Part shown: one piece after another, positions 52,197 through 64,000 of the stretch
Position numbering within the stretch: position 1 is the stretch's first letter
How the letters are laid out: the number at the start of each line of letters is the position of its first letter
Source: Felis catus
Lineage: Eukaryota
Assembly: GCF_018350175.1 (NCBI RefSeq)
Contig: NC_058368.1
Location: 6,138,001-6,202,000 of the forward strand
DNA: 64,000 bases
Reading direction: 5' to 3'
Notes under the pieces: generated by a model
What the model saw: the letters and a program-made list of their open reading frames with translations, nothing else
What the model was told of the DNA's origin: nothing
Databases searched by the model: none
Program-made: the position numbers and the translations under genes

Positions 52197-52285
52197 GGGG
52201 TGCTTAACTGGCTTAGCCAGTAGTGTGCACCTCTTGATCTTGGAGTTGTAAGCTCGAGCCTCACGTTGGGGATAGAGATTACTTA
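52197..52285 (+). mobile_element. Short tRNA-like CanSINE (old type, no CT tract)
   Basis: ggggtgcttaactggcttagccagtag...ctcttgatcttggagttgtaagctcgagcctcacgttggggatagagattactt. TSD aaaatgttaactg. Confidence 0.85.
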
Positions 52286-53664
52286 AAAATGTTAACTGGA
52301 GGAGTGCATGTGGCATCATTTATTGTACCTCCCCTACATCTTCTTTTCTTCTCACTCTGTCAAGTTTTAATTTTTATAAATAATGATGTATTTTAATCTA
52401 TTTTTATTAAGCTCTGAAAACCACTAGCTCTTAAGGTGAACAGACTTTATTGTCACACCATTTCTTAGGCTATGTGACAGAACATTCTAGATTATTGAGT
52501 TTTAGCTCTATTTTGCTTGACTGTTTTAAAATACTTTGGGCAGATAACAGAAGAAAATTAAAATAGTGTTATGCTGCTAATAAAGTATAGATTAATCATA
52601 CTACATGCAGGCTGACACTTTTACTTTCCCACCAGGTAGTCTTTGCTATATATTTTTTTCTTTGGAAAGTAAAACTTCTTCACTCATGAGTTACTAGTTA
52701 TTCCTTATCCTTGTTCTACTTTCTATGTCATAAGAAAATAGGAGGTGAAAATGTTGACCTGTAATATAAAATATGTCCTGTTTTAGTTGTGTTTACTAAT
52801 GTCAAGAATATGGTTGATATTCACCCATAAATACTGCTCAAGAGTCTGTTCTTCTGCACATGAGGTACCAGGCATATGCCTAGTGTTACACCACAGCAAA
52901 GTTGATTTCAGCTGATTTGTAGGTGTTCTTGCAGTTTAAGAGTGCTTTAGTTAAAACGAAGAAACCTGTCAAGAGCTTTTGAAACATGGGATCTTGTTTC
53001 TACTGAGGTACATTTGTTTATAAAGCAATTTTCCTGTTTATAAAATGGTGTTGTGTTTTACCGGATGTCCACTAATACTGTTCCTAGAAAGTTTTTAATG
53101 AATAGTACAAGGCTATTTTTTTCTCATCTGAATCTTAGCTATTTCTAAATATTTACAGTGTGAACTGGTCATTTACATGTGATTTCTTTATGCTTCTGTG
53201 TATTTTATTGAAATAATTTCCCTTCCTTTATAACCCATGTATTATAAACAGGTTAACACGTTTATGCTATGTCAGCCAACCCATAAGTATCTCTTGAAAT
53301 TTGTTCTGTTTATTTTCTTTTCATTTAATTAGTACAGATAAAACAGATTCTGTTCTTGAAAATTTCTACCAGGTAAACAGGGGTCAAGTATATTCTGAAA
53401 GTATTTTTTAATTATACTTTTAAAATAAAATCACATTGCTCTCAACTTCTCTGTTGTAATCATTTGTTTTCTGAGACACGATCATTTGCTCAGGAAATGA
53501 AATTTTAGCTCCAGTTAGTAGGAAATTTTAAGTTTATGTTATCCAGCAGAATATGAAATTATATTTTCGATATCTTTGGGAATCCCTGAGTGTTTCTTTT
53601 TCTGTTAGGAAAATATTATACATCAAGTGATCTTTCCCTCTTTTCTTTTTTAAGCTTCTGGTGA

Positions 53665-53829
<165 letters not shown>

Positions 53830-54642
53830 TGATATGTAGTTAGGTTTAAGCAGAAGGATGCATTTATAGTTGGTTGATTTTCTAGTTGTCTCTACATATC
53901 AGTGCTGCATAGACTTGCAAACCTTGTAGAAGGGTGAGAGTGCTGTAGTCTCCTTACAGTCTAGCCTCGTGCTGTTTATATGATGCATCCTGCTTCTCTG
54001 ACGTATACTGGCTGGGGTTCCCTGAAGAGGTGAAAGAGGGCACATTTGTTTTCCTAAGCTTTTGTTTACTTTTAACTTTATAAATGAAGTCTAATTGATT
54101 ATTAGATGCTAAGCAAACTCTAGAAATTGATATATTTGTGAATAACTTGGAAATGAAACTTCGGAGCCTACTGAAACTAAGTTACAGAGGAGATCTTAAT
54201 TCAATCTGCTGGGTTGTTGTTTTTTTATGTTTTTTTTTTTTTTTTGAGAGATAGAGATCAATCTGCTTATTTTTAAGCCCCACTATATTAGTAGCAGTCT
54301 TTTGACCAGTAACATTTATTAATCATTATTGAGTACATTATTGAGAAGCCTTGCCATGTTAATGCACATTAAATTCTTAAGATTCCACATGGCAGAATAA
54401 TTTATGCCTTTTTATAAAATCCATCTAGCATGAAATTTTTCGTTAAATGATGCGTTGTTCATTCATCTTCCTGGATGTAAATGATTTAAATCTCAAATTC
54501 CCCATATTGCATAATTACCTTGTGCTTTGTTGTTCTTTTCTTTGTAAAGGTGGTAACTATAGTAAAGTTTGTGACAGTGCCTTCATTGCAAACAGTTACA
54601 AACACAGTGCTGGAAGTGATGACTTGGTCTCTGATCACATGT

Positions 54643-54715
54643 GTCACATAGTCACTAATAGTGACTTCGTCACTAGTCACTTAGTCACTTAGTGACATAG
54701 TCAATAGTGACTTAG
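54643..54715. repeat. Mixed-orientation (A)GTCAC(T)/(A)GTGAC(T) micro-repeat
   Basis: About nine 7-10 bp units in both orientations, forming nested palindromes. Confidence 0.85.
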
Positions 54716-55458
54716 CTTTTAGCCCTGTAGACTTTGAGATGGAGCTGATCTGCCCCTTGCACATAGTCTTTCTGAGCTGCTCTGTATTTAATGCCTTCAG
54801 ATCAGATGTTGCAGTGTCATAATTTCTTGTGCTTGCATCTATTTTCAACAAATCTCCTCACAATATGTTTAAGGCTACTTATTTTATCTCCAGGTCACAT
54901 ACCTAGAAAGCATTTAGACTAGGACCGATAACATCAGAAATTCGGTTGAAGGAACTTTTTTCCGTATGCAAATTTTATTTTTAATATTATTAGGGTATTT
55001 TATTTACAGTGGAATTACAGAAGTGAGACAAATCTGTTGGTTCCTTATGAAGCTGAAAGTAAATTTCAACTTTTAGGGGAGTCAGCTATTGATACTTTTA
55101 AGCTACCGACCTTTTTTATGATCTCCGAAAGAAGAAAATATGGCAAAAGGGCATTTTTCCCTAATTATGCTGAGATGACCCTACATTTTCTTTTTGTTGT
55201 AAGTTATTTTTCATCGTGAAAATATGTCTGTTTATTAGATGAATACAAATTGAAAACAAACCAGCATTTCAGTTATGTTAGTATATAATATATTTGAACC
55301 ACTTACAGTAATACCAACTACAGTAGTGAAAATAATTACAGTTTAATTTTTTTTAGTTTCTCCTTTGGGAAAGCTCTTTCTATTGGTGTGGCATAGACAA
55401 GTTCTCTTTGACCTAGCGATAGTGTGGGACGCTTCATTTTGGAGGTCTCCCCGTTTTT

Positions 55459-55918
55459 TAGTGGTGTGCCAAGAGGTGGGGGCCAGTGGGAGCAGTGCGC
55501 CCTAGATGCCAGCATCAAAGGGATGCACCGCCTGAAGGTGACTTAAAAATAATAAACAGACTTTTATAAGAGGATAAACAGGGGGACACCTGGGTGGCTC
55601 AGGCGGCTGAGCGTTGGGCTTTGACTCAGGTCATGATCTCGTGGTTCTTGACTTCAGGCCCTTCATCAGGCTCTCTGCTGTCCACGCAGAGCCCACTCTG
55701 CATCCTCTGTCCCCCTTTCTCTCTGCCCCTCCCCTGCTCACGCTCTCTCTCTCTCTCTCTCAAAAATGAACATTCATTTAAAAAACAAAAAAACATGAAA
55801 AGAGGTTTACTTTCGATTGTCACCATATGCTGGCAATTGGGAACAGTGTCAGTGATAAAATACTCTCGTTCTCTGAGAAAACCATTCCCACTCCTCTTAC
55901 CCCTCTCATCTGCCACTG
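55459..55918. mobile_element. MER97-like hAT-Tip100 element split by a SINE
   Basis: TIRs tagtggtgtgccaagagg ... cctctcatctgccactg, with internal caccatatgctggcaatt...tgtcagtgataaaatactc. Confidence 0.7.
55582..55790 (+). mobile_element. CanSINE
   Basis: ggggacacctgggtggctcagg head, (CT)n and A-tail. Confidence 0.9.
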
Positions 55919-56905
55919 CTGTCTGTTTAGTTGTTTATTTACCCAAAATATTTTCCGACCTGTAATGTATTGTCTGAGTACTGCTACCTCCTTTGACTCC
56001 CCCACTTAGAGTGAAAGCTCTTGAATCATTTGTGTATGACTGTTCACACCTAAGTCTCTTGTGCATTGTAGACACACAAGGGCCCACGGAACCATTGGGT
56101 CATTAAAGTGGTAACATCTGCCCCCAGTCAGGATCTTACCGGTTCAGGTGCTTACTTCTTGAATCAGTCCTCAGTTTCTGTAAGAAAGATTCGCTATCAT
56201 AGTTTTTGTTAAAATGTGTCCACCTTCCTACTAACTAAAAAGTAAATTTTGGAGTTTTGATGGTATGTAGTGCTCAACTATAATTACATTAGATATTCAT
56301 ATTTGTAGCAAAAAAGTACTTACTCTGAAGGATGTTCTTCAGAAGCTGATAACTTGACTTTAACTCTCTCAAATATTGTTATTTGCAGATGAAATACTTA
56401 TCCTGTTAGAACAAATATAATTAATGGCTAATTATATTCCTTGCTTCTTTGCAGTCAGGTTTAGATGAAATGTGGCAATACTGACCTAAACAGACGATGT
56501 AAGATTTCTAATGTTACGAATTGCTGACATGCCACGAGAAACATCAGACTAAGATGGATAATTGGCACAGACTCCCTAAAAATATCATTTTAATAATGCC
56601 CTAGAATGTTATTGAAAGTTTGCTTAATAAAATTGTCTTCATCATTAATAGAAATAATGATCTGAGATGGTAGAATAATGACGTTCTTTGCTTGATATGT
56701 GCAGTTGAGCTTTAACAGTTAATAATCCTATTTAATAAATACAGATTAATTTCATCACTATTAATCATCACATAGTAGCAGATCAGTTACTGAGGTCTGT
56801 CGTCCTTGGTGAGAAATAGAAATTTAATAATTCTGAAACTCTGGTTGGACTGAAGTCGGTAATAATTGCATATGTGTGTGGATGTTTTATGAAGAATGGG
56901 CCTGA

Positions 56906-57107
56906 GTGGCGCCTGGGTGGCTCAGTCGGTTAAGCGTCTGACTGGGTTTTGGCTCAGGTCATGATCTCACGGTTTGCGAGTTCGAGCCCCCATCAGGCTC
57001 TGCGCTGACAACGCGGAGCCTGCTTGGGAGCCTCTCTCTCTGAGCCTCCACTGTTCACACACACACTCTCTCTCAAAATAAATAAATAAACTTTAAAAGA
57101 AAAAGAA
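56906..57107 (+). mobile_element. CanSINE
   Basis: TSD gaagaatgggcctga. Confidence 0.95.
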
Positions 57108-57394
57108 GAAGAATGGGCCTGAAAGGAAACACATGAGATATTTATTTTTGTGCAATAATTTGGGAGTCCAAGTCAAACTTTTTTGGTTTTAGAACATTAA
57201 AATATGTATGTATAAGTTGGTTTGCTTTACACTTAATCTATTTGCCTTAACTAGAGATAAATAAAAACAAAGATATATGTGTTAGCTTTGTTCTTCCCTT
57301 TGACTACACTCTTTCCTTTCTTTTATTCTCCTCTCCTTGGGAAATGAAAATAGTCTGACCAACAGGCTATAGTCCTGGTTCTGGCCCTAACGTT

Positions 57395-57803
57395 TGTATT
57401 AGGATCCTCCAGAGAAACAGAATGTGTATGTGTGGAGAGGCAGAGATTTATTTTAAGGAGTTCCCTCGGGGAAATTGTAGAGGCTTGGTGAGTCCAAAAT
57501 CTCTAGGGTAGGCCAGAAGGCTGGAGACTGAGGGGAAGAGTTGCAGAGAAGTCCAAAGGCAGTCTGCTGGCGGAATTCTCTCTTACTCAGGATAGGTTAG
57601 TCTCTGCTCTATCGTGGCGTTGGCCTCTGACTGAATGGGTAGGGCCCAGCCGTGACATGGAGGGTGAGCTGCTTTTCTCAAAGTCTAGCAATTTAAATCT
57701 TAATCCCATCCAAAAACACCTTCACAGAAACATCCAGAGAAAGGTTTGACCAAATGTCTGAGCACCATGGCCCAGCCAATTTGACACATAAAATAACCAT
57801 CCT
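57395..57803 (-). mobile_element. MLT2 (ERVL) solo LTR
   Basis: tgtattaggatcctccagagaaacagaa...aaaacaccttcacagaaacatccaga...ttgacacataaaataaccatc. Confidence 0.88.
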
Positions 57804-58479
57804 GTACAAATGAGTAAACAGAGGCACAGAGTTGAAGGAACATGGGACCAGTTAATTCCAATTTTTACTCCCCAATTATCTGCTTATATAAAAAAGGAGT
57901 ACTGGGTTAAAGAATATTAAGATTTTTTTGCCCGATGCTATAAGGAGGAACTAAGTGTGAAATCTTAACGAAAGCTTTGAATAAAGATAAACTTAAGTGA
58001 GTCAGAATAAGGAAAAGTTTGAAGTCTGTTAGCCTGTTGGATTGAGTTTGGTGGTTTTTCGGAGCATGAATAAAAAGACATTAAACACCAAATCCTATCT
58101 GATACTTTCTGTGTAGAAGCAAAAGTGTGATTTGGCAGTGGTGTCTGAAGTCTTTCCTCTTAAAAGGTTGTCCTTCTTGACTGAATTAAAGCGCATTGGC
58201 AAGGCCATGAGAAGTTGTCCCTACTAGTGCCTCTGCTGTGACCATTTCAGGTCACCCAGCCACCCAGCCAACTCCCTCTCTTGTCTGTCCTCTTTTGTAG
58301 AAAAGATTAGTTTTTATATAACTTTCTAAATTTAAGATTGGTTTTCTTGTGCAGTTGTGAAATAAATGTCTAAGTCAGGTTTCTTTTTTAACTAGGAGAC
58401 ATTCTGTGATTGGGTTAAAATTTGAAAATCTCTGTTAAGTGTATGCACGCTAGTATTTGTGAATTGAAGTGAAAGCTGG

Positions 58480-58875
58480 CTTTAATCTTCTTTCCTTCCA
58501 TCTCACTCCATATACCTGTTTCCAGCCAACTCAGAGATTTCCCTGTGTACTTGAACCCCCTCTTCCCGTCATCTCTAGTCATCTGTCTCGTTTAAAATTC
58601 TATTCCTCCTTTAAAGCGCTGCTCCTGCTACCCCACCAATAAAGCCCTCCCTGATCACCCTAGCTAGGAGTGAGAATGTTTACATCTAAAGTCCCATAGC
58701 AGCTATTTTGAATTACCCAAGGGGCACTTAAACTAGTTTTGGAAGTATGTTCTCTATTTGATTATAAGTTCCTGAGGGCAAAGACTGGGTTCCTCTGTGT
58801 TTGTATCCCTCCCAGTGCCTAGCAAAATACAGTCGGTATATACAGTATTGCTTATGTTTGTTGAATGAATGAACT
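58480..58875 (+). mobile_element. L2 3' end
   Basis: gattataagttcctgagggcaaagact...cccagtgcctagca...gtttgttgaatgaatgaa. Confidence 0.75.
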
Positions 58876-59758
58876 AGCTCATTTGTAGCAGAAACAAGGT
58901 GGCTTCCAAGATGGTTCTCCATAGGTTATTTCTGCTACCACCTAATGTTTCTCCCTGTCTACAGATGTGTGCACGCTCCTTTTTACAGCCTACTGAAGTG
59001 AAAGAGGGCAAAAAAAAAACCAAACAAACCCTTTGTTCATAATTTTTAATTCTTTTCAGCAGCCTTCCTCTTTCTACCTAGAAGAATTCTGCTCTTATCA
59101 GTCAGTCCAAAGACCATTCAGCTAATGATATCGATCTGTTGATTTCTTTTATCACACTCTTTTTCTACCCAGTATTTTTGTTTCACCCAGTGAAACCTAT
59201 TTCCTGACCATTTACCTATTTATTCGTGTTCTCTTTATGTCATTTATTTTTTCCAGTGTTTTTCTTAAGGTTAGGACATCTCCATCGTAGTTCATTTACA
59301 TCCCTTACTTTTTTTCAAAAACATCTTCAAGTCCCAAGTGTGTGAATTATTCTTTAGTTGTGGATAAGGCAGCAGTACCTACCTTGTGAACACCCAGCAG
59401 TTCTGAACTTAGAACTCTCATTTCACTTTTATACTACATTTAAGTGACCAGTTCATTACTGGTCACAATGTAAATACTTTAATTTCTAGCTAATAGTTAT
59501 TCACTTTTAATTTTGTAGTACACTTAGTGTTGGCTGAATTTTATGCTTTTGTTGAAAATAGTCATCCACCCATATCAGCCAGACCATAGAAATGGTTTAC
59601 ACTTAATTCAACTCTAAATGTTAAGGACTTGGGCTTTCAACATATTTCCTAGGGAACTTAGGAAAGTAGAGTGCTAGTTAATAAAACTGGCCAGTTGACC
59701 ATTAGTTTTTGTTGAGTATAAATCAAGTTCTCATGGTCATTAATGTGTTCCACTTTTT

Positions 59759-59991
59759 ATTTTATTTTTTTTTAATTTAATTTTTTTTAACGTTTATTTA
59801 TTTTTGAGACAGAGAGAGACAGAGCATGAACGGGGGAGGGGCAGAGAGAGAGGGAGACACAGAACTGGAAGCAGGCTCCAGGCTCTGAGCCATCAGCCCA
59901 GAGCCCAACGCGGGGCTTGAACTCACGGACTGTGAGATCGTGACCTGAGCTGAAGTCAGACGCCCAACCGACTGAGCCACCCAGGCGCCCC
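59759..59991 (-). mobile_element. Young CanSINE (SINEC_Fc)
   Basis: TSD aatgtgtt(c/a)cacttttt. Confidence 0.96.
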
Positions 59992-62644
59992 AATGTGTTA
60001 CACTTTTTAAAAAGCTGATATTCAAAATCTCATTTTAATTATTACCCTAATGGCTTTAGCATAATGGTAATTAACTTGGAACTACCAGGCACATAGGGGT
60101 ATTTTCACCTTGTTGCCCTAAGTGGAGTAGAATATTAAGTGAGAGAGACTGTAACTTTTCATCATAGTTTTTTTTTTTCTTTTTTCATTCAAGCTGAATT
60201 ACAAGGCTGTATATGAAATTTGGAGTGCTTTGTTGGAGTATCGCAACAAGCTGCTGTAATCGCTCTTGCCCGAAAGCATTTCAAAATAGTTTTTTAGGCC
60301 ACAGTAAATTTCTTAGAAAATAAATCTCTACAGAGATTTCTTTTAGGAGTATCCCAAAGGGGATGTGCTACTGTGAGAGAAGTACATGATGTGAGATAGC
60401 CCAGTGGGCCACAGTGTATACATATGTAAAAGAGGTTCAAGCCATTTCAAAGCTTTCATCTGAAGTAAAAGAAAAAATCTGATAGTGCTGTTGCCCTGCA
60501 GTTAATTTTAATTATACTGGGTGGCTTGGAATCACTTGGTGGGGCTTCAGCTGTCCTCGGTGAAGGATGAGTTGGTTTCCTAGCAACCATTAAATAAGAT
60601 CAAAATCTTTTGAGTGAGCCACTGACTCAAACTCAATTTCATAGGTCCTGCTTTATCTTGGCATCTTACGTATTGATGGTAGCATGATGGATTATTGGGG
60701 TATTCTGGATCTGATTCTCTTTGAGTGAAAGATTGCCTGGTTTATTAATTTTGCTTACTGAACACTATATATTTGCTCATGGTGATATGGTTTGTTTTGA
60801 AGTGCATTTTTTATTGTCTGCTGAATTCTGTCACTAATAAGTGGAAAAACCGAGAAGCAAAGAAGTTAAATGACGTGATTCTGGCTACTTGGAGAACCGT
60901 AACAAAGCTGGATCACTAAATTCAGGGATTTTTCTTCTAGGTTGGTGATTTTTAAATTGCAGGTTGTAAGCCATAAATGAGTCAGGAAAGCACACAACAC
61001 AACTAGCCCTTTTATTTTTATTTTTTTAATGGAATAGAATAGAAAAAGTATCAGAGTATATCATACGTATTAAGGGCAGTTACTGTTTCATGAAATTTTT
61101 GTTTTACTTTTATATGTTTATATGTATGTTCATTTAATATTAAATTGTTTTCTTGCTGTGGGTATTTGATATGGTTAGGAAAAGAGAAAAAAACTTAGTC
61201 AAATCTTTAGAAAATACTCCCAAATTATAGGTACTTTGATGTTTTGTGCACACTCCTTGACAGTGATGATAAAATTATTTTGAATAGCAGCCGCCCATTA
61301 GGGAAAAAAAAAATTCAAACTAGGGTTTATATATGGGCACGAGAATTTCAGGCAGGTTTCCCTTTCTTCCTTTAGTATCTTTTAAATTGTCTGAATTGCT
61401 TGCAGTTAACATATATTATTAAAATCAGGAAAAAAAAAGTGTTTCATGTGGACTAGAAACTGAGGAAAATGTCTGTTTAGTCTGTTATTGAAGTTCACAC
61501 GTAACATTCAGTGTAGTTTAGGGTATTTTTATGTTGGTAAAGGATGATGCTATTAAAGAAAAAAAGTAAAAACGTGCATACACTTTCTTTCTGCCCAAAA
61601 AGAAGGGCCAATAAATTCTTCGGGGGGGGAGGGTGGGGAATAACAAGCAGAAAGGATCCTGAGATTACTCATATGCTGGAACAGGAGAGCAACAAAATAA
61701 TTGAACAGTTGGAAGAAAGGAGCCTACATTTGCAGCCTCTGCTCTGTTTTTTGCCCCTTCTCTGTGCTTTAGCTTCCATAAAATGAGTGTGGGGACCGTG
61801 TAAGCATGTTTCTTTAAAACAGATTTTGGGAAGAAAAATGCTCTGGGAAATGTCAGGTTTAATCACGCTTGTTACTTGAGATTTCTTTCATTTACTGGGA
61901 GCTCCAGTGATTTACTCTGATTTTCTTATCTGTTTGATTGTATAGCATTAAGATTGTATCCATGAAATTTAGGTTTGAGGATAAAGCGTGGGCTTTATTG
62001 ATAACAGCTGATTGAGGCAAACTTAAATGAGATTTCCATTGATTTTAATTATTATTGTGAATGTCGTGCTTATTCTAAAGCGTGTTTACTTAAATAACCA
62101 ATTGGAAGTTTTCCTTGAAAATATTTGATTGTTTGTAAACAATGTTTGATTTCTTGACAAATGCCACATTTGCTTAATTTTGATATTAATGTTGAGCATA
62201 CACAATGGACTGCATTCTATCATATGTAAATAATGAAAAAGTAGCCTGCTTGATTTTACTAAATGGCAGCTGCAAATGTCGTACATTTTATAAAGACACG
62301 TTACAAGTTGGCAATAAAAATGCTGCTATTTGGTTTACATGTTGCTTGTCAGGCTACTTTTACATTCTGAATGAGTCTTTTCAGATACTTTATCAACACA
62401 CTGCTAGAATATTTTTAGTCAAATTTCTCACCAATCAAGAAGGGTTATTCTAAATAATCTCGTCAAGGTTTTTGGTTTTTGTTTTTTTTAAGAGTTTAAG
62501 ACGATATTTTTGAGTGATCCTGAAAATTCAGTAGAAGTAGAGGATTATCAGAGTTTTGAGTCTGATATATCTTTTCTGTTTTTCTCTTCTTTTGACATAA
62601 TTGATGGGATACCATCATTATATCATTTACATAACTGCTTGGAT

Positions 62645-62856
62645 ATTTTTTAAAAATGTTTTGTTTACTTCGAAGGAGAGAAAGAGAGTGTGCTTAAGCG
62701 GGGGCGGGGCAGAGGGAGGGAGAAGGAGAGAGAATCCCAAGCAGGCTCCATGGTGTCAGCACAGAGCCTGACACAGGGCTCAGTCTTATGGCAAGATCAT
62801 GACCTGAGCCAAAATCAAGAGTCAGATGCTTAATGGACTGAGCCAACAGGTGCCCC
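62645..62856 (-). mobile_element. CanSINE
   Basis: Antisense SINE with TSD core aactgctt. Confidence 0.92.
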
Positions 62857-63494
62857 AACTGCTTCCATTTTTTATAAACAAAATTGACTATCATCCAGAG
62901 CAGTGTGTTTCCAAAAACAGGACAGATTTGGGAAGGTTTTGTTTAAAGGACTTTTGAATCATATTTAAGACAAGAATTTACCAGGTCCCTGATACAAGTT
63001 ATTACTACTGGATATAGTGTTAATATATCCTTTTTCTCTTTTGGCCTTTAGACTTTTACATTAGGAAAAGAGAAATACATACTGTCTATAGTCAAAATAC
63101 CAAGAAATGCTTTTTCTAAAAATAAGTTTCAGAATTTTTTGTATTATATTCTGAAAAACATAAAAATTAATATTCCAGTCTAGCTTTCTAATAGTAGAGT
63201 CAGGCCTTTTAGAGTATTAGAGTATTATATTGTCTTCTAGACTAATGAAGATTTGTCAAAGTAATTTAATCTTTAAAGATAGAGTATATTAGATAAGGTT
63301 TTGTCTTATCTCAGCTAAAATTGTTATCTAAACCTGTTTAGATCACAGGCTCCCTTGGCCAGATATATCTTTCCGTCTTTTTCAGTTTGATAACTGTATG
63401 TCTTTACTGGATACAAGCAAATGAGAAATGGTTATATAAGAGGGTAAAAGTAAGTCGTCCTACAGAAATAAGCACATGCAGCTAGCCATATTTC

Positions 63495-63755
63495 TTTTTT
63501 TTTTTTTACATGGTTTTTTTTTTTTAATTTTTTTTTTTCGACGTTTATTTATTTTTGGGACAGAGAGAGACAGAGCATGAACGGGGGAGGGGCAGAGAGA
63601 GAGGGAGACACAGAATCGGAAACAGGCTCCAGGCTCTGAGCCATCAGCCCAGAGCCTGACGCGGGGCTCGAACTCACGGACCGCGAGATCGTGACCTGGT
63701 TGAAGTCGCTTCAACGGTTGAGGACGCTTAACCGACTGCGCCACCCAGGTGCCCC
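63495..63755 (-). mobile_element. Young CanSINE (SINEC_Fc) with an internal 14-bp insertion
   Basis: Perfect TSD tgcagctagccatatttc (63477-63494, 63757-63774). Most CpGs intact. Confidence 0.97.
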
Positions 63756-64000
63756 GTGCAGCTAGCCATATTTCAAAGTCAGTTCAACATAAAAGTGCAG
63801 GACTTTGAGTAAATTTTTATAAATGTTCTAATCAACACATAGGATTTTTTTTTTTTTGATTGAGTAAAACTAAAAGTTTCCTCAGGTACAATTAGATATG
63901 AAATTAGTAATAGTTATTGAATTAACTGTTGAAGAAATATTTCTTTATTAAAGTTTCCTGCCCCTAGTACAGTTAGGATTTTACTTGTTTTTCAGAGTGT

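Noticed and set aside
52197..52285. Possible tRNA gene
   Set aside because: Degenerate tRNA-derived short SINE with a TSD; no intact cloverleaf.
63975..64000. Acceptor-like ttgtttttcag near the window end as CDK8 exon 5
   Set aside because: The next CDK8 exon should start with KPANIL (AAA CC...), whereas the sequence continues agtgt.

Overview
Eukaryotic, AT-rich, repeat-dense DNA from a felid (cat-family) genome. The assignment rests on about 22 tRNA-derived CanSINEs of the feline SINEC_Fc type and felid L1 3' ends. The whole window lies inside the CDK8 gene (Mediator kinase) on the + strand. It holds the distal part of intron 1, coding exons 2 (39327-39402), 3 (48818-48928) and 4 (53683-53823), all with canonical AG/GT boundaries, and the start of intron 4. 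The exons encode roughly residues 43-152, from the catalytic Lys through the SMSACRE helix to HRDL, with CDK8-specific rather than CDK19 residues. Almost all ORFs in the supplied track are repeat-derived or spurious. Intron 1 contains two decayed antisense class-I (ERV1-like) proviral remnants. One (about 9058-15900) still shows protease, RT (YVDD), RNase H, integrase, env-TM and a 3' LTR, and carries nested insertions. Also present are a Charlie1-type hAT transposase fossil and many L1, L2, MIR, MaLR and DNA-transposon relics. I found no convincing new gene system. The most unusual observations are: two independent ~0.63 kb L1 insertions truncated at the same nucleotide; a 29-bp tailless U6 retrocopy with a 16-bp TSD; a CpG-rich tract over an ancient L2; several template-switch or palindromic scars; and a phase-0 exon 3-4 pair flanked by inverted SINEs. 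Repeat family names come from recalled consensus sequences, not from a database search, and repeat boundaries are approximate unless a TSD is quoted.
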